A stretch of 64,000 nt of DNA from Centroscyllium fabricii. Taxonomy: Eukaryota. The stretch covers positions 399,590,001 to 399,654,000 of the forward strand of contig JBNRSN020000002.1 of the NCBI GenBank assembly GCA_051313645.2, in the 5' to 3' direction. Each line of letters begins with the position of its first letter. Positions within the stretch are counted from its first letter, which is position 1. The translations under genes were made by a program, and so were the position numbers. The notes below the pieces were generated by a model, which did not search any database, was not told where the DNA came from, and saw nothing but the letters and a program-made list of their open reading frames with translations. Shown here piece by piece: positions 24,215-36,200 of this stretch.

Positions 24215-24800
24215 TACAAATAATTGGAAAATCAGGTTTTTTTTCCTATTTCTATGATAAAGATAACATTTGGTTGGATTGCAATCCTCCCACCATGAAC
24301 TGAAGTATAAGACAACAGGCAAGCTAGATCTCTTCCATGATATGATTCCTATGGCTTGTAATGTAATGTTTGTACCCATGTGCATAACCACACATGTACA
24401 TTTACAAAGTATCATCCCCCCCCCCCGACTGTTTTTACAATTGTCACAGTGCTCGATGATATTTTTGTAATTTTTTCATAATCGCTCATACACATACTTA
24501 GCTGAAGGTAATAATGACGTATCTTCCGATACACGTATTTAACCCACCTCTGTCAGACGTTCAATGTTGTTTATTTTCCAATGGAGACCATTGTATCCAT
24601 GTGATCCAAATAGTTGCCAACAAAAATGAGCTCAGTACCAGCACCAGCACCAGCTTGATCACCCCGCAGAAAACTGACCTGTATGTAAACAGTAGACACT
24701 GGATTGTCTGCAGAAAACATTCAAAGCTGTTCGCTAATTCTCCTCCTTTTGCTTCTCTTTATCATCATTGATACAGGTTGAGCACCGTTTATCCGGTGAA

Positions 24801-24946
24801 GGGGAGGCGGTGGCGTAGTGGTTATATCACGAGACTAGTAAGCCAGAGGCTCAGTCAAATGCTCTGAGGGTATGTGTTCAAATCCCACCACGGCAGCTGG
24901 TGGAATTTAAATGCAATTCAATTTAATTCTGGAATTAAATGTTAGT
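24801..24946 (+). mobile_element. 5' part of the tRNA-derived SINE
   Basis: Matches 53343-53490 (TGGCGTAGTGG A box, GTTCAAATC B box). Confidence 0.8.
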
Positions 24947-24947
24947 A

Positions 24948-25335
24948 GGGCGGCACAGTGGTTAGCACTGTTGCCTCACAGCACTGGCGACCCGTGTTCA
25001 AATCCGGCCTCGGCTACTATCTGTGTGGAGTTTGCACATTCTCCCCGTGTCTGCGTGGGTTTCCTCTGGGTGCTCCGGTTTCCTCCCACAGTCCAAAGAT
25101 GTGCGGGTTAGGTTAATTGGCCATGATAAATTGACCCTTAGTGTTAGGGGGATTCAATATGTGGGGTTACGGGGACAGGGTGGGATATGTGTCGGTGCAG
25201 GCTCGATAGGGATATGGGGAGAGGGCAGGGGCGGGGTACTGGGATTCGATGATCAGCCATGATCTCATTGAATGGCGGAGCAGGCTCGAAGGGCCGAATG
25301 GCCTACTCCTGCTCCTATCTTCTGTGTTTCTGTGT
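24948..25335 (+). mobile_element. HE1-like V-SINE
   Basis: tRNA head GGGCGGCACAGTGGTTAGCAC, V-domain TGTGTGGAGTTTGCACATTCTCCCCGTGTCTGCGTGGGTTTCC, CR1-type tail. Confidence 0.85.
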
Positions 25336-26718
25336 AACCGAAAAGCCGGAAAATTCAGTCGTCCGGCATAAATCGCCCCGACTGCCCTGCGCATGCACAA
25401 AACGGCCATCGCAATCGAGGCTTCGGCGAATGATCCGCGCATGCGCCGTCGAACGGCGGCGCATGCGCAGATCATTCAGAATTTCGCGTGGTGCGGCTGC
25501 CATGGGAGACGGGGAGAGTCTGAGGGAAGAGCCACGGTCATCACTCAAGCACCAAGCGTTTTAAATCTTACCGAACTTACAATGCAAAGCGAAGTGACGG
25601 TGGCAAGAAACAGCTGCACCTGCAGAAGAGAATCACCTCCCCCCCCCCGCCTGGGGCCGCTCTGCACCCAACCCGTCAGCTCTTTCCCTGAACGGTGAGT
25701 GCATGCGCAGATCATTTAAAATTTTGCGGCGGCCATTTCCAATGTTCTGCACATGCGCGTGGCCATTTTGAATGGTGCATGCATGCGCACTGAACGACGT
25801 AATTCTTCCGGCTTTTTCACTCTACCAGCGCGGGCCTGGTCCCGCCTGTGCTTGATTAACAGTGTTCAACCTGTATTTTGTGTTTATTTTATGTATGTGT
25901 GTTATTTATCTCATGTTCCAAAAGGGTTACATTCCTGTCCTCCTTTATTTTAGAAAAAAAGACATGAGTATAAAGTGGTCAAATACAACATTTTGCTCCG
26001 GTCTATTTTCTTGCTACAATTACTGAAGTCGTGATTTCACCCTACCTGCTCCCGCCCCCCACCCCCCCTACCCCCCCGCCCCCGCCATTCTGTTTCTTAG
26101 TCATCAGTTCTGTTCTGAGTTTAGTTTCTCTATTTTCCTACTGCCAAGCACAAAAGAAAACTGCGATTATATAAGCACAAAAATGGAAGAGGGTTAAGGT
26201 AGAGGCCAACGTGTATTCAGCAGGAGGGATGAGAGAAGGGCAAAGAGCCCAGGACAGACCAGTGAGAAGCTCGAGAATACAACAGGAATATGGCTGGACA
26301 GTTAGGAAGGTGTAAGTGAATGGGGGGGTGGTTAGATAGAGAAAGCAATCGGGTCAGAATCCGATCTATGGCAGCATCACCCTTGCGAGCAGAACTGCTT
26401 TCATATTTGTGCATGAAAGATCTGGAGAAGCAAATTACAAGTCACAAGCTTGAAATTATATTGAGAGATAATACCATATGAACACTTAATACATTTGTCT
26501 GAAAGTTTTGAAGTCAATGGTAAAAAAAAGTCAGATGGTGTGTAAAACAGGCAGCCATCTACTACCGTGGAAGATTAATTTCACCGCCAATGACTGCTCA
26601 AACAGCAAAGAGTGGACTTTCCGATGAACCTGGTAAGTGTTCGTACACTAGTATCTCAGTGCAGCTTGAAGGCCAGTGTTCCATGGGACAATATGTGCGC
26701 TTAGCAAGGAACGATGAA

Positions 26719-27175
26719 GGGGGGACAATTCGTTTGATTTGCGGGGTGCAAAGCAACTAGCGCCCGGGCGCGGTACTGCTAACACCTCCCGCGAAATTCA
26801 GCGGGAGGTTAGCGGCGGCAATAACCATTAGCGCCACGTGGCACTGCACCTCTGGCGATGATGTTATTTCCATGCGGAGCGTCCCGCTTGCGATCTTTGG
26901 TAGCGCCCCCCTGACTTACCGCAGGACATTCTGTCCGGCAGGGTCAAGGGGGCCAACCTGCGGCCGGGGTGGCGCAAATTAAAGGGGCGGTGTCAGGTGG
27001 CCATTTTTGTTGTTGGCCACCTGCCAGCGCCTGCCCCTTCCAGTAGCACCCTGCCTCCCTCTTGGGGCACTGCCTGTGAATTTCGGGCATGGGGACATTA
27101 ATTTTTTCAGGGTGCTAAACGTAGCGTCCCGGCGGAGTTAGCACCCCAAAGGGTTCACGACCCAATTTTGCCCCC
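26719..27175. mobile_element. Non-autonomous GC-rich TIR element
   Basis: GGGGGACAATT / AATTTTGCCCCC ends; interior related to 5073-5835. Confidence 0.55.
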
Positions 27176-27830
27176 AAAAGCTCTGACATCCTATGAGGGT
27201 TCTCCTGGCGGGAGACCGGCGGAGCTCCCAGGAAAACAGCACAATGGCTGTTTGTGGCCGTTCCCACATTTCCGCTTGGGCTCCCACAAGTTTCCTGCCG
27301 GAAGTACAGCGGAAGACTGGGAAAAGCTCTCACAGAATTTCATGGCTACAAAGTGCAACTTTTTCTTAAGTAACCAATGTTCCCAACAGGAAGTTAATTT
27401 GCAGTTAAAATTGCCATCTGAAATATAGGAATTTTTAAAGTATTCCGATAAAGACAATTTTTAGCAAAAAAATAGGTTCTGACAGTCACAGTAAATCTCA
27501 GCAACTCGTGTAATAAATATGATTCAGTGTCTAACTGAGACACACCCAACCATGTACTTATAAGGCCTTTGAAGAAATACCAACAGTATGTGATAATAAA
27601 ATATAATCTTGTTTACAAGCAGAAAAATAAGCACGGTTATATCTCCAGCACAACTGCATTACTTTATATACAAAGTAACTCTGACTTTGTGCTTCTACAA
27701 AAAAAGTGGTCGGCCTCTTCATTTGCATACAGTTGCTCTTTCAGAAAACATCGATACCACATTAATAAATTCTAGTTCATCATTAGAAAATCTATGTACA
27801 TTAATTACAGAAAAAAAGTAAACACACAGA

Positions 27831-28010
27831 CCCTGAAATCCTGTGGGTGGGGGGGTTCTCCTGGTCTGCTGCCATAACTTTGATGGTTTGATGGAAGATC
27901 AGCAGAACTTCGCCCCTCTCCCCTCCCCCAACCACCTCAGAGAAATGGCAGAAACAACTGTTTCCACCTAGCAATGGACCAGGAGAACACCCTGCCACAG
28001 GATTTCAGGG
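27831..28010. mobile_element. 180-bp MITE
   Basis: Perfect 16-bp inverted repeat CCCTGAAATCCTGTGG / CCACAGGATTTCAGGG. Confidence 0.65.
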
Positions 28011-29240
28011 CTGCAGAACGTCCCTGTATTTCTTTTTTGAAGTGGTTGGGCAGAAATTAGGATTCCAGTGGATGACTCCATCGAAATGGCCAAGCATTCC
28101 TTTGACATTTGCAGTCTCACAGTATTCATAATGGCCAGGAGCTAATCCCACCAATGGAGCTAATCAGTTGTAATTTTTTTCTGGAGGCACTACCTCCATA
28201 ATGATCTGGAGTGTCTTGGTCATTGAATCTGCAACAGAAAACAAAATGTTACCAATGTCTTATCCAAGGTCATTTAGTCCGAGGAAGAATAAAAAGTAAC
28301 AAAAAGCACGCGTGCTTTAATCTGAAATAAAAGCTCAACATTTTGAAAATGCACAGCAGTCGGTATCTCCAAGGGAAAGATAGGTTAACATTTCAGATGT
28401 GAGCCGTCATAAGAAGGATTACACCTCAACTGTTAATATCCTTTTTTTCATATGTTGACTAAATTGCTTTACATTTCCAGTATTTTCTGTCTTATTTCCA
28501 GGAATCTATTGAATGGAGGATATTTTGACACATGTGTGGCAGACTATTAATACAGTGATGTTAAATAAAGATCAGTTGCCCCATTTTTGTTATGCGCATT
28601 GGATCTCATTAAGATGGGAATGTGGCCACATCGAGGAATGCAATGTTTTCCCACTTTCATCTAGAAGTGGAACTGGCTTCCAGATCAGGATCAAATGTAA
28701 GATTCTTCCCTTCACACTGACCTACTGCAGTAGAATAACACTTCCATCTCTCACACACACTTGCCATAAATGGCAAATTAATGCATGCAATCAGGGATGA
28801 CCTCCCAAAGGAATAGACAATTGAAAGTAACCTGAATTGAAATGACATAGAGTAATTTGCAAATGTCTGAATTTTAATCCAGTTCAGATGTTTACACACT
28901 CTTATTTCTGCGGGTTTTTCTTGTAATAATGATAAGAGTGCCGGGAAAGAGTTGCTTTTGTATTTTAATAGAGTTTTACTGACTGGCTCATTTTTCTGGG
29001 ACATACATCAAACCACCTAGCTGCCTTGCTTCTATCAATCCATCCAATTTCTCTGCCTATGTGTTAATCTCCGTAAATTCCTTATAATTTACTGAATCCA
29101 ATATATTTTAAATTCCCTGGGGGTTGACGGATTAAGGGGGCAGTTTTCTGTTTTTTATTTGTAGCAGAATCATAAATCCATTCAGATCCTCTTTAGTGGA
29201 AATCTTTGTCTTCAGTATTCCTAGTTTGAAAAGTACACTA

Positions 29241-29710
29241 CAGGTTGAGCACCGTTAATCTGGACACTGTTTGTCCGGCAACTTCAAATGTCCGGCACAA
29301 ATCTGTCCGACTGATGCACGCATGCGCAAAATGGCCACCGCACTTGGCTACGCATGCCCAGGCCTCTCCCCGACTGGTCTGCGTATACGCAAAATGGCCA
29401 CCATGCGTGGCTGCGCATGCGCATGCCCAGGCCTCTGCCCGACTGCCCTGCGCATGCGCAAAATGGTCGCCGCGCGTGGCTGCGCATGCTCGGGCCTCCC
29501 CAATTGGTCTGTGTATGCACAATATGGCCATCGCGCTTGGCGGCGCATGCCCGGGCTTCTCGGCGAGCGCATGCGCAGACCATTCAAAATTTTGCGGCGG
29601 CCATTTTGAATAGTCTGCGCATACGCTCAGTGAACTTCAATCATTCGGATTTTTCAAAAATTCGGCACAGTCCTGTTCCCGACCGTGCCGAATTAACGGT
29701 GCTCAACCTG
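29241..29710. mobile_element. TA-flanked TIR element with an internal tandem array
   Basis: TA|CAGGTTGAGCACCGTTAAT ... ATTAACGGTGCTCAACCTG (19-bp perfect TIR); right flank is CA. Confidence 0.9.
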
Positions 29711-30229
29711 CACCAGTTTTACCCATTCACTCATCTTGTAGGTGGGATGAAATTCTTGCAACTTTTATTTTGTTTTTAATTTTCAGGTTGAATCTTTCAA
29801 AAACATCTCAATTGGTTCACAAGGAGATTAATATGACTTTATTCCCCCTCAGTCTAACTAACACATTCACTTAGTATTTTTGTTGTCACTTCAATACATG
29901 GACAGCTTGCTAATTATTTAACAATGAATCATGGAATATTGTAATGAAATAAAATAACTAGCAATTAGGTGACAAACGATTCAGCTTAGAATTCCTACAA
30001 CTGATGTTGTGATTCATATGCAGTCCAGTAATAGTTTGGTTATAATAGTATGACTGAAGTTTCAAATTTTATGTTCCCCGACGGTGTACTGGCACCAGCG
30101 TGTTCACAATATATAGATTCCCCAGTGATCTAATGCCTGTCTAATATATCTAGTTAGAGTTAAGAAATAAGGAGCAAAGTGTTCCTATATTGGGAACACA
30201 TTTTACACCATTGAATAGTGGAAAAAAAA

Positions 30230-33030
30230 TTGAGGGTGAGATTTGTAGGCAATTGTAATAATGGGGTACTTTAATTAAAACTATCCTAAAATAGCCTGGA
30301 AAAGATACATGTTTATGGGATCATTAAAATGCATCCAGAACTGTTTCCTTAAAAGTATGTTGCATGTGCAACAAGGACAGATGCAGTGCTAGCTCTAGTT
30401 CTGGGTAATGAAGTAGGACAAGTAAGCAACCTGCAAGTAGGGCAGCACATGGGAAATTCGTGACATGACCTCATTAGATTCACCTTGAAAATAAGCAAAG
30501 ACAAAGTTGAGCTCAAGATAAACCTGTTGGGACTGGAAATTAGCTAATTTCAATGGCGTGGAAGAAGACCTAGCCCAGATTAATTGGTGAAAAATGGAAG
30601 ATCAAACAGCGAAGAAGCAGTTAGAGATATTGAAATGGGAAATGAGCAAGGTACAGGTGAAATGCATTCTGACTAAGAGAACTAAAGGGAATATGTCAAA
30701 AGCAAGGGTTCCATGGAAAAATAGAGAGGTTAGAGAAATAATGGAGGTTATTTTGACTTTGGGTGATAGTGTAAAGCGGATAATATAGGATCAGCCGCCT
30801 GCTATACGTCTCTCCCGATTTTCATTTCTATCAATGCAGCTGATCCGATATCGCCAGTTTGACTCTATCGCCCAAAATCATAATTACCCCCAAGGAGTTT
30901 GAAAAAGTATGAGATTAAGAGAGGGGATACAGAAAAAACTATGAATATTATAAAATGAAACAAAAGGAGAGAGATTAGGAAGACTAGGAGGGAGTAAATT
31001 TAAGGCACATGGCATTAAAGAAAATCTAGCCAAATCGATAGAGGGATAGCTAGGAGACAAGGCAGCAAAGAAAAGGGTGTAAAAGCATGTTTTTCAGATT
31101 GGTGAGATATAGTTGATGGTGTGCTCCAAGGAGCCGTGCTGGAACCTCTTTTGTTTTCTATTTTAACAAAATTATTTGGACATAGGCACAAGGAAATAAT
31201 ATCAAAGTTCGCTGATGATACCAAAGCAGGCAGTATGGCAGAATGCGAGGAATAACGCAAAGATTGTAGAAGGATATGGATAAGTCAGAGTGGTAATATT
31301 CAAGGCAGATCCAGCTCAATGCAGAGAAATGGGAAGAAGTACAATTCGTGAAAAAGAACAGTGAAAGGAAGTATACCTTAAGTGGTAAGACTCTTAAAAT
31401 GAAGGAATAGCAAGATATCAGAGTGATCTTTAAAGGTGCAGGCAGAAAGGCTCTAAATAGGATAAATAAATGTGTTTTATTCATTTGGCCATTCAATATA
31501 AAAGCAACGAGGTGATGTTGAATATATTACAAGACAATGGGGGGCATTTTCGGAGAGCCGTGAGTGCAGGTTTCTGGCGGGGCAGGGACTAAAATTGCAA
31601 TTCCGCTGGGCGGGAAGGCACCCCGCCAGATCCCCGCCCATTTGGGATTTTTGTTGGGCGGGTTTTGCCGCCCCGCATGTTTCCCGCCTGCCGCCGGCGG
31701 GGATGCTTAGTGAGCTTGTTGAGGGCCCTTAATTGGATGGCTAATCCTATTTTAAGGGCCCTCAGCTATTTTGACCCTCTTTCTACCCAAAACCCACCTG
31801 GTGAAAACCTCGCCATAAAAAGGTGGTGGGAACCCAGGCAGCTGGGTGTCTGCCACTTTCAAGGCATGGGCACAGCAGCCACACAGCAGCTTGCTAGCCT
31901 CAACCATGCTGGAGGTGCAGCTGCCATCCAAGGGTGAGAAACTTCAGAGCCCCAAAACATAGAAATCATTCACCTTCAAATTGCTCCTATTCAACACAGA
32001 TCGGCATGCTGCACTGTGTCTGTGAGCCCAGCTGTCAATCACCCAGGGGATCAGTTTCTGTTTACATTCCATTGAAACCACAAACAAACAGTGTCTCACT
32101 TCAACTGTTTGTTTTGTGGTTTCACGTATTCCTTTCATAGTCTGACTCACAGAGGCTATGTCAACATAGAAACAAAGGCAACACTTCAGATCTGTCAATC
32201 AGGCTTAGTGAGTTCTTACTATTCAGGCCTGTCAATCAACAGCCTACCCCACTCAAACTGTGAACGTCCAGCTACGACTCTCCCTCATGTTCCTGCCTAT
32301 TAGTGTGTATTAGAAATCCGACAGACCAGCGGCGATTTAAGTGGCCACTTGAGCCAAAATCGCTCGGGCCTCCCAGGTCCTTGGGCGGGCGGGACAGAAA
32401 GCTGACCCGCCCAAAACCCGACAGCTTCCCCCACCTTTTTAAAAATTCCCCCCATTGACTAAGTTACAACTGGAGTATTGAGTGCAGTTCTCAGCACCGC
32501 ATTGCTGGAATGGAAGTAGACCCATGGAAGGGGTACAACAAAGATTCACTAAAATGGTACTGGGAATGTAAGGTTATAGTTATGAAGAAATGCTTGAAAA
32601 ATTGGGTGACTTTTCACTAGAATAGAAAAGGATCAGGAGGGATCTTAATAGAGACTTCCAAAATTATAAAAAATATTCCGAGGCTAACTAGTGAAAGAGA
32701 GTTTCCACTGGTTAGTAAATCAGTTGCAAGAGGACAGAGACTCAGGATTGCTCCTACAAGAAAGAAGAAGTAAGTCAGAAGACATTTTTCACAAATATGA
32801 TTAGAACAACATGGAATGCTTTACTACAGGTGGCGACTGAGGTAGGGACTATAACACGAGTTAAATGAAAATTGGACAAGCATTCGAAAAGGAAGAATTT
32901 AAAAAGGATGCAGAGAAAGAGAGAATAGAATTAAAGTAGACAGCTCCATTTATGGAACTAGCACAGGTAGCGGGAAGATAAAGTGAACAGCTACTGCAGG
33001 TGCTGTAAATGTTATGGTTCTATGGATTCT
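30230..33030 (+). mobile_element. Old, heavily decayed CR1 LINE
   Basis: Residual GVLQGAVLEP, SKFADDTK and LEY.VQF remnants; split by 31539-32452. Confidence 0.6.
31539..32452. mobile_element. Non-autonomous TIR element
   Basis: GGGGGCATTTT / AAAATTCCCCC ends; the CR1 sequence resumes on either side. Confidence 0.65.
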
Positions 33031-33291
33031 TCAGCAGTTCAGTAGCTGTGTATCTATCTCTAATTTTGAGTCAGTGTAGTGGCTGAGTGCATGGCCTAAT
33101 TTGCAGTCTAGTTGCATGATGTCTATCCCAATTCCCTAGCAATTGACTGGCTATATGCCTGTCATAAATCCTCCACAATCCATGCTGGTTCCTGAGGAAG
33201 ACAGTGGGATACAAAAGTCATGATTTTGTGGTGGTCTGCACTGACATTCAGTTGTTTTTCAGGATTACTTGGTGTGCTCGATTCAATTTGT

Positions 33292-36200
33292 TCAACAAGG
33301 AATAACTTTTCTGCAAAATGAAATCAATAAACCGCAGGACATACCTACATAGGATTTTGAATGGGATATGGTAACAAGTTTAATCATTATGGAGTGAGTG
33401 GAGGGGATTTTCCTCGGGCCGTGAGGGCGGGTTTCCGGTGGGGCGGGGCTTAAAATCGAGAAACCTGTGGGGCAGGGGGGGGGGGTGGGGTGCTGTGCCT
33501 GCGGTGCGTCGTCCGGTTCTTCATCCTCAGCTGGTAGTGGCGGGGGCTCCGGTGTGTGTGTGTGTATCGGCCAGTATCCGGTGGGTTGTGGGTGGTATAT
33601 AGGCCAGTGGTCGATAGGTAGTGGCTGGACGGGCTGAGGCTCGACCAGAGGCTCCGCTGTGGTGCTCCCGGCGGGCGCTAGGTCCCTGATGGAGATGGTG
33701 TCCTCGCGCCCGTCCGGGAACTGCACGTATGCATACTGTGGGTTGGCGTGCAGCAGCTGCACCTTCTCCACCAGGGGGTCGGTCTTATGGCCGCGGACAT
33801 GCTTCCTAAGTAAGACCGGCCCCGGCATCGTGAGCCATGGTGGAAGGGCTGTCCCCGATGTCGACTTCCTGGGGAAGGAAAAGAGCAATTCGTGAGGTGT
33901 GGCGTTGGTGGCTGTACACAGCAGAGAGCGGATCGAGTGCAGCGTGTCTGGGAGGACTGCCTGCCAACGGGACACTGGAAGGCCTCTGGACTTCAGGGCC
34001 AGGCTGACCACCTTCAAGATGATCCCGTTCTCCCTTTCTACCTGGCTGTTCCCCCGGGGGTTGTAACTGGTCGTTCTGCTTGAGGCAACCCCTTTCTGAA
34101 GCAGAAACTGACGCAGTTCGTCGCTCATGAACGATGACCCCCGGTCGCTATGGATGTAGCTGGGGAGACCGAAAATGGCGAACAGCGTGGTGAAGTGCTT
34201 GATCACCGTTGCGCTCATCATATCTGGGCAGGGGAAGGCGAAGGGGAAGCGGGAGAACTCGTCTATGACCGTGCGGAAGTACGAGTTGCGGTCGGTGGAG
34301 GGGAGGGGGCCTTTGAAGTCCACGCTTAGACGTTCAAAGGGGCGGGTGGCCTTAATGAGGTGTGCCGCGTCTGGCCTGTAAAATTGGGGTTTGCACTCGG
34401 CGCAAACAGGGCACTCTCGGGTCATAGCCTTGATCTCCGTGATGGAGTAGGGGAGGCTACGGGACTTAACGAAATGGGCAAGTCTGGTGATACCCGGGTG
34501 GCAGAGGCGATCGTGGAGTTCCTTCAGCCGGTCTAGCTGGGCACTGGCGCACGTTCCCCTGGACAGTGCGTCCGGGGGTTCATTGAGTTTGCCTGGTCGG
34601 TAAAGAATGTCGTACTCGTAAGTCGAGAGCTCGATCCGCCACCGCAGGATCTTATCATTCTTGATTTTACCCTTTTGTTTATTATTAAACATAAACGCGA
34701 CCGACCGTTGGTCGGTGAGCAGGGTAAAATGCTTACTGGCCAGGTAATGACGCCAGTAGCGCACAGCCTCCACGATGGCCTGGGCCTCCTTTTCCACTGC
34801 AGAGTGGCGAGTTTCTGGTCCCTGTAGGGTGCGGGAGAAAAACGCTACGGGCCTGCCTGCCTGATTCAGGGTGGTGGCAAGGGCAAAGTCCGAAGCGTCA
34901 CTCTCCACCTGGAAAGGGATGGACTCATCAAAGGCGTGCATGGTCACCTTGATAATATCTTCCTTGATCCGGGCGAACGCCGTGTGGGCTTCTACCGAGA
35001 GGGGGAAGACGGTAGCCTTGAGGAGCGGTCTGGCCTTATCCGCGAACTGGGGAACCCATTGCGCGTAATAAGAGAAAAATCCCAGACATCTCTTCAGGGC
35101 TTTGGGGTTGTGAGGAAGGGGCAGTTCCTGTAAGGGTTGCATACGCTGTGGGTCTGGGTCGAGGACCCCGTTTTCCACCATGTATCCGAGGATGGCGAGC
35201 CGATCTGTACTAAAGACGCACTTATCTTTATTGTACGTGAGATCGAGCCATTTCGCCGTGTGGAGAAATTTGGCCAGGTTGGCATCGTGGTCCTGCTGGT
35301 CAGGGCTGCAGATGGTCACGTTGTCCAGGTAGGGGAAAGTGGCCTGCAACCCGTTCTGGTCAACCATGCGGTCCATCTCCCTCTGGAATACCGACACTCC
35401 GTTGGTCACGCCGAAGGGGACCCGGAGGAAGTGGTAGAGCCGACCGTTCGCCTCGAAGGCGGTGTACGGGCGGTCGGCTTTCCGGATCGGGAGCTGGTGA
35501 TACGCCGACTTAAGGTCGATTGTGGAGAACACCTTGTACTGGGCGATCTGGTTAACCATATCCGAGATGCGGGGAAGGGGGTAGGCGTCGAGCCCGGTGT
35601 AGCGGTTAATGGTCTGGCTGTAGTCGATCACCATCCGCGGTTTCTCGCCAGCCTTAACCACTACGACCTGGGCCCGCCAGGGGCTGGTGCTGGCTTCAAT
35701 TATCCCCTCCTTCAGCATACGCCCGACCTCCGACCTGATAAATGTCCGATCCCCTGCACTGTAACGCCGACTCTTGGTAGTAATAGGTTTGCAGTTGGGG
35801 TCGAGGTTGGCGAACAGCGAGGGGGCGTCGACTTTCAGGGTAGAGAGGCTGCAAGTCAGGCTCCGCTTTAGGAAGGGATTGTCCTGGCTACTGACGGTGA
35901 GGGGGGCCAGGGTCCCGCCGAACTCCATTGTCACGCTCTTAAGGTGGCACTGGAAATCCAGTCCCAGTAAGACTGGGGCGCACAACTGTTTGAGTATGTA
36001 CAATTTAAAATTACGGTACACGCAGTCCCTAACTGTGAGCGTGACGGAGCAGTAGCCGGTGACGTCCGCTGTGTGGGACTGTGAAGCAAGGGAGACTTGG
36101 TAGCGCGTGGGCAGGATCTGCAGTCCGTAGCGCCGCGCTGTATCGGGGTGGATGAAGCTCTCTGTGCTTCCGGTGTCGAACAGACAGTTAGTGGCATGGC

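Larger units (their letters stand above)
24774..25873. mobile_element. TA-flanked TIR element hosting two SINE pieces
   Basis: TA|CAGGTTGAGCACCGTTTATC ... GATTAACAGTGTTCAACCTG|TA. Confidence 0.85.

Noticed and set aside
23035-24219. 394-aa ORF appearing to fuse a novel N-terminus to an RT
   Set aside because: The N-terminus is read-through of the MITE arm from a TTG, and the rest is a truncated CR1 with a premature stop.
28020-28240. Strong minus-strand splice acceptor (TTTTCTGTTGCAG)
   Set aside because: All three frames stop within about 70 nt, so no coding support; a non-coding exon cannot be excluded.
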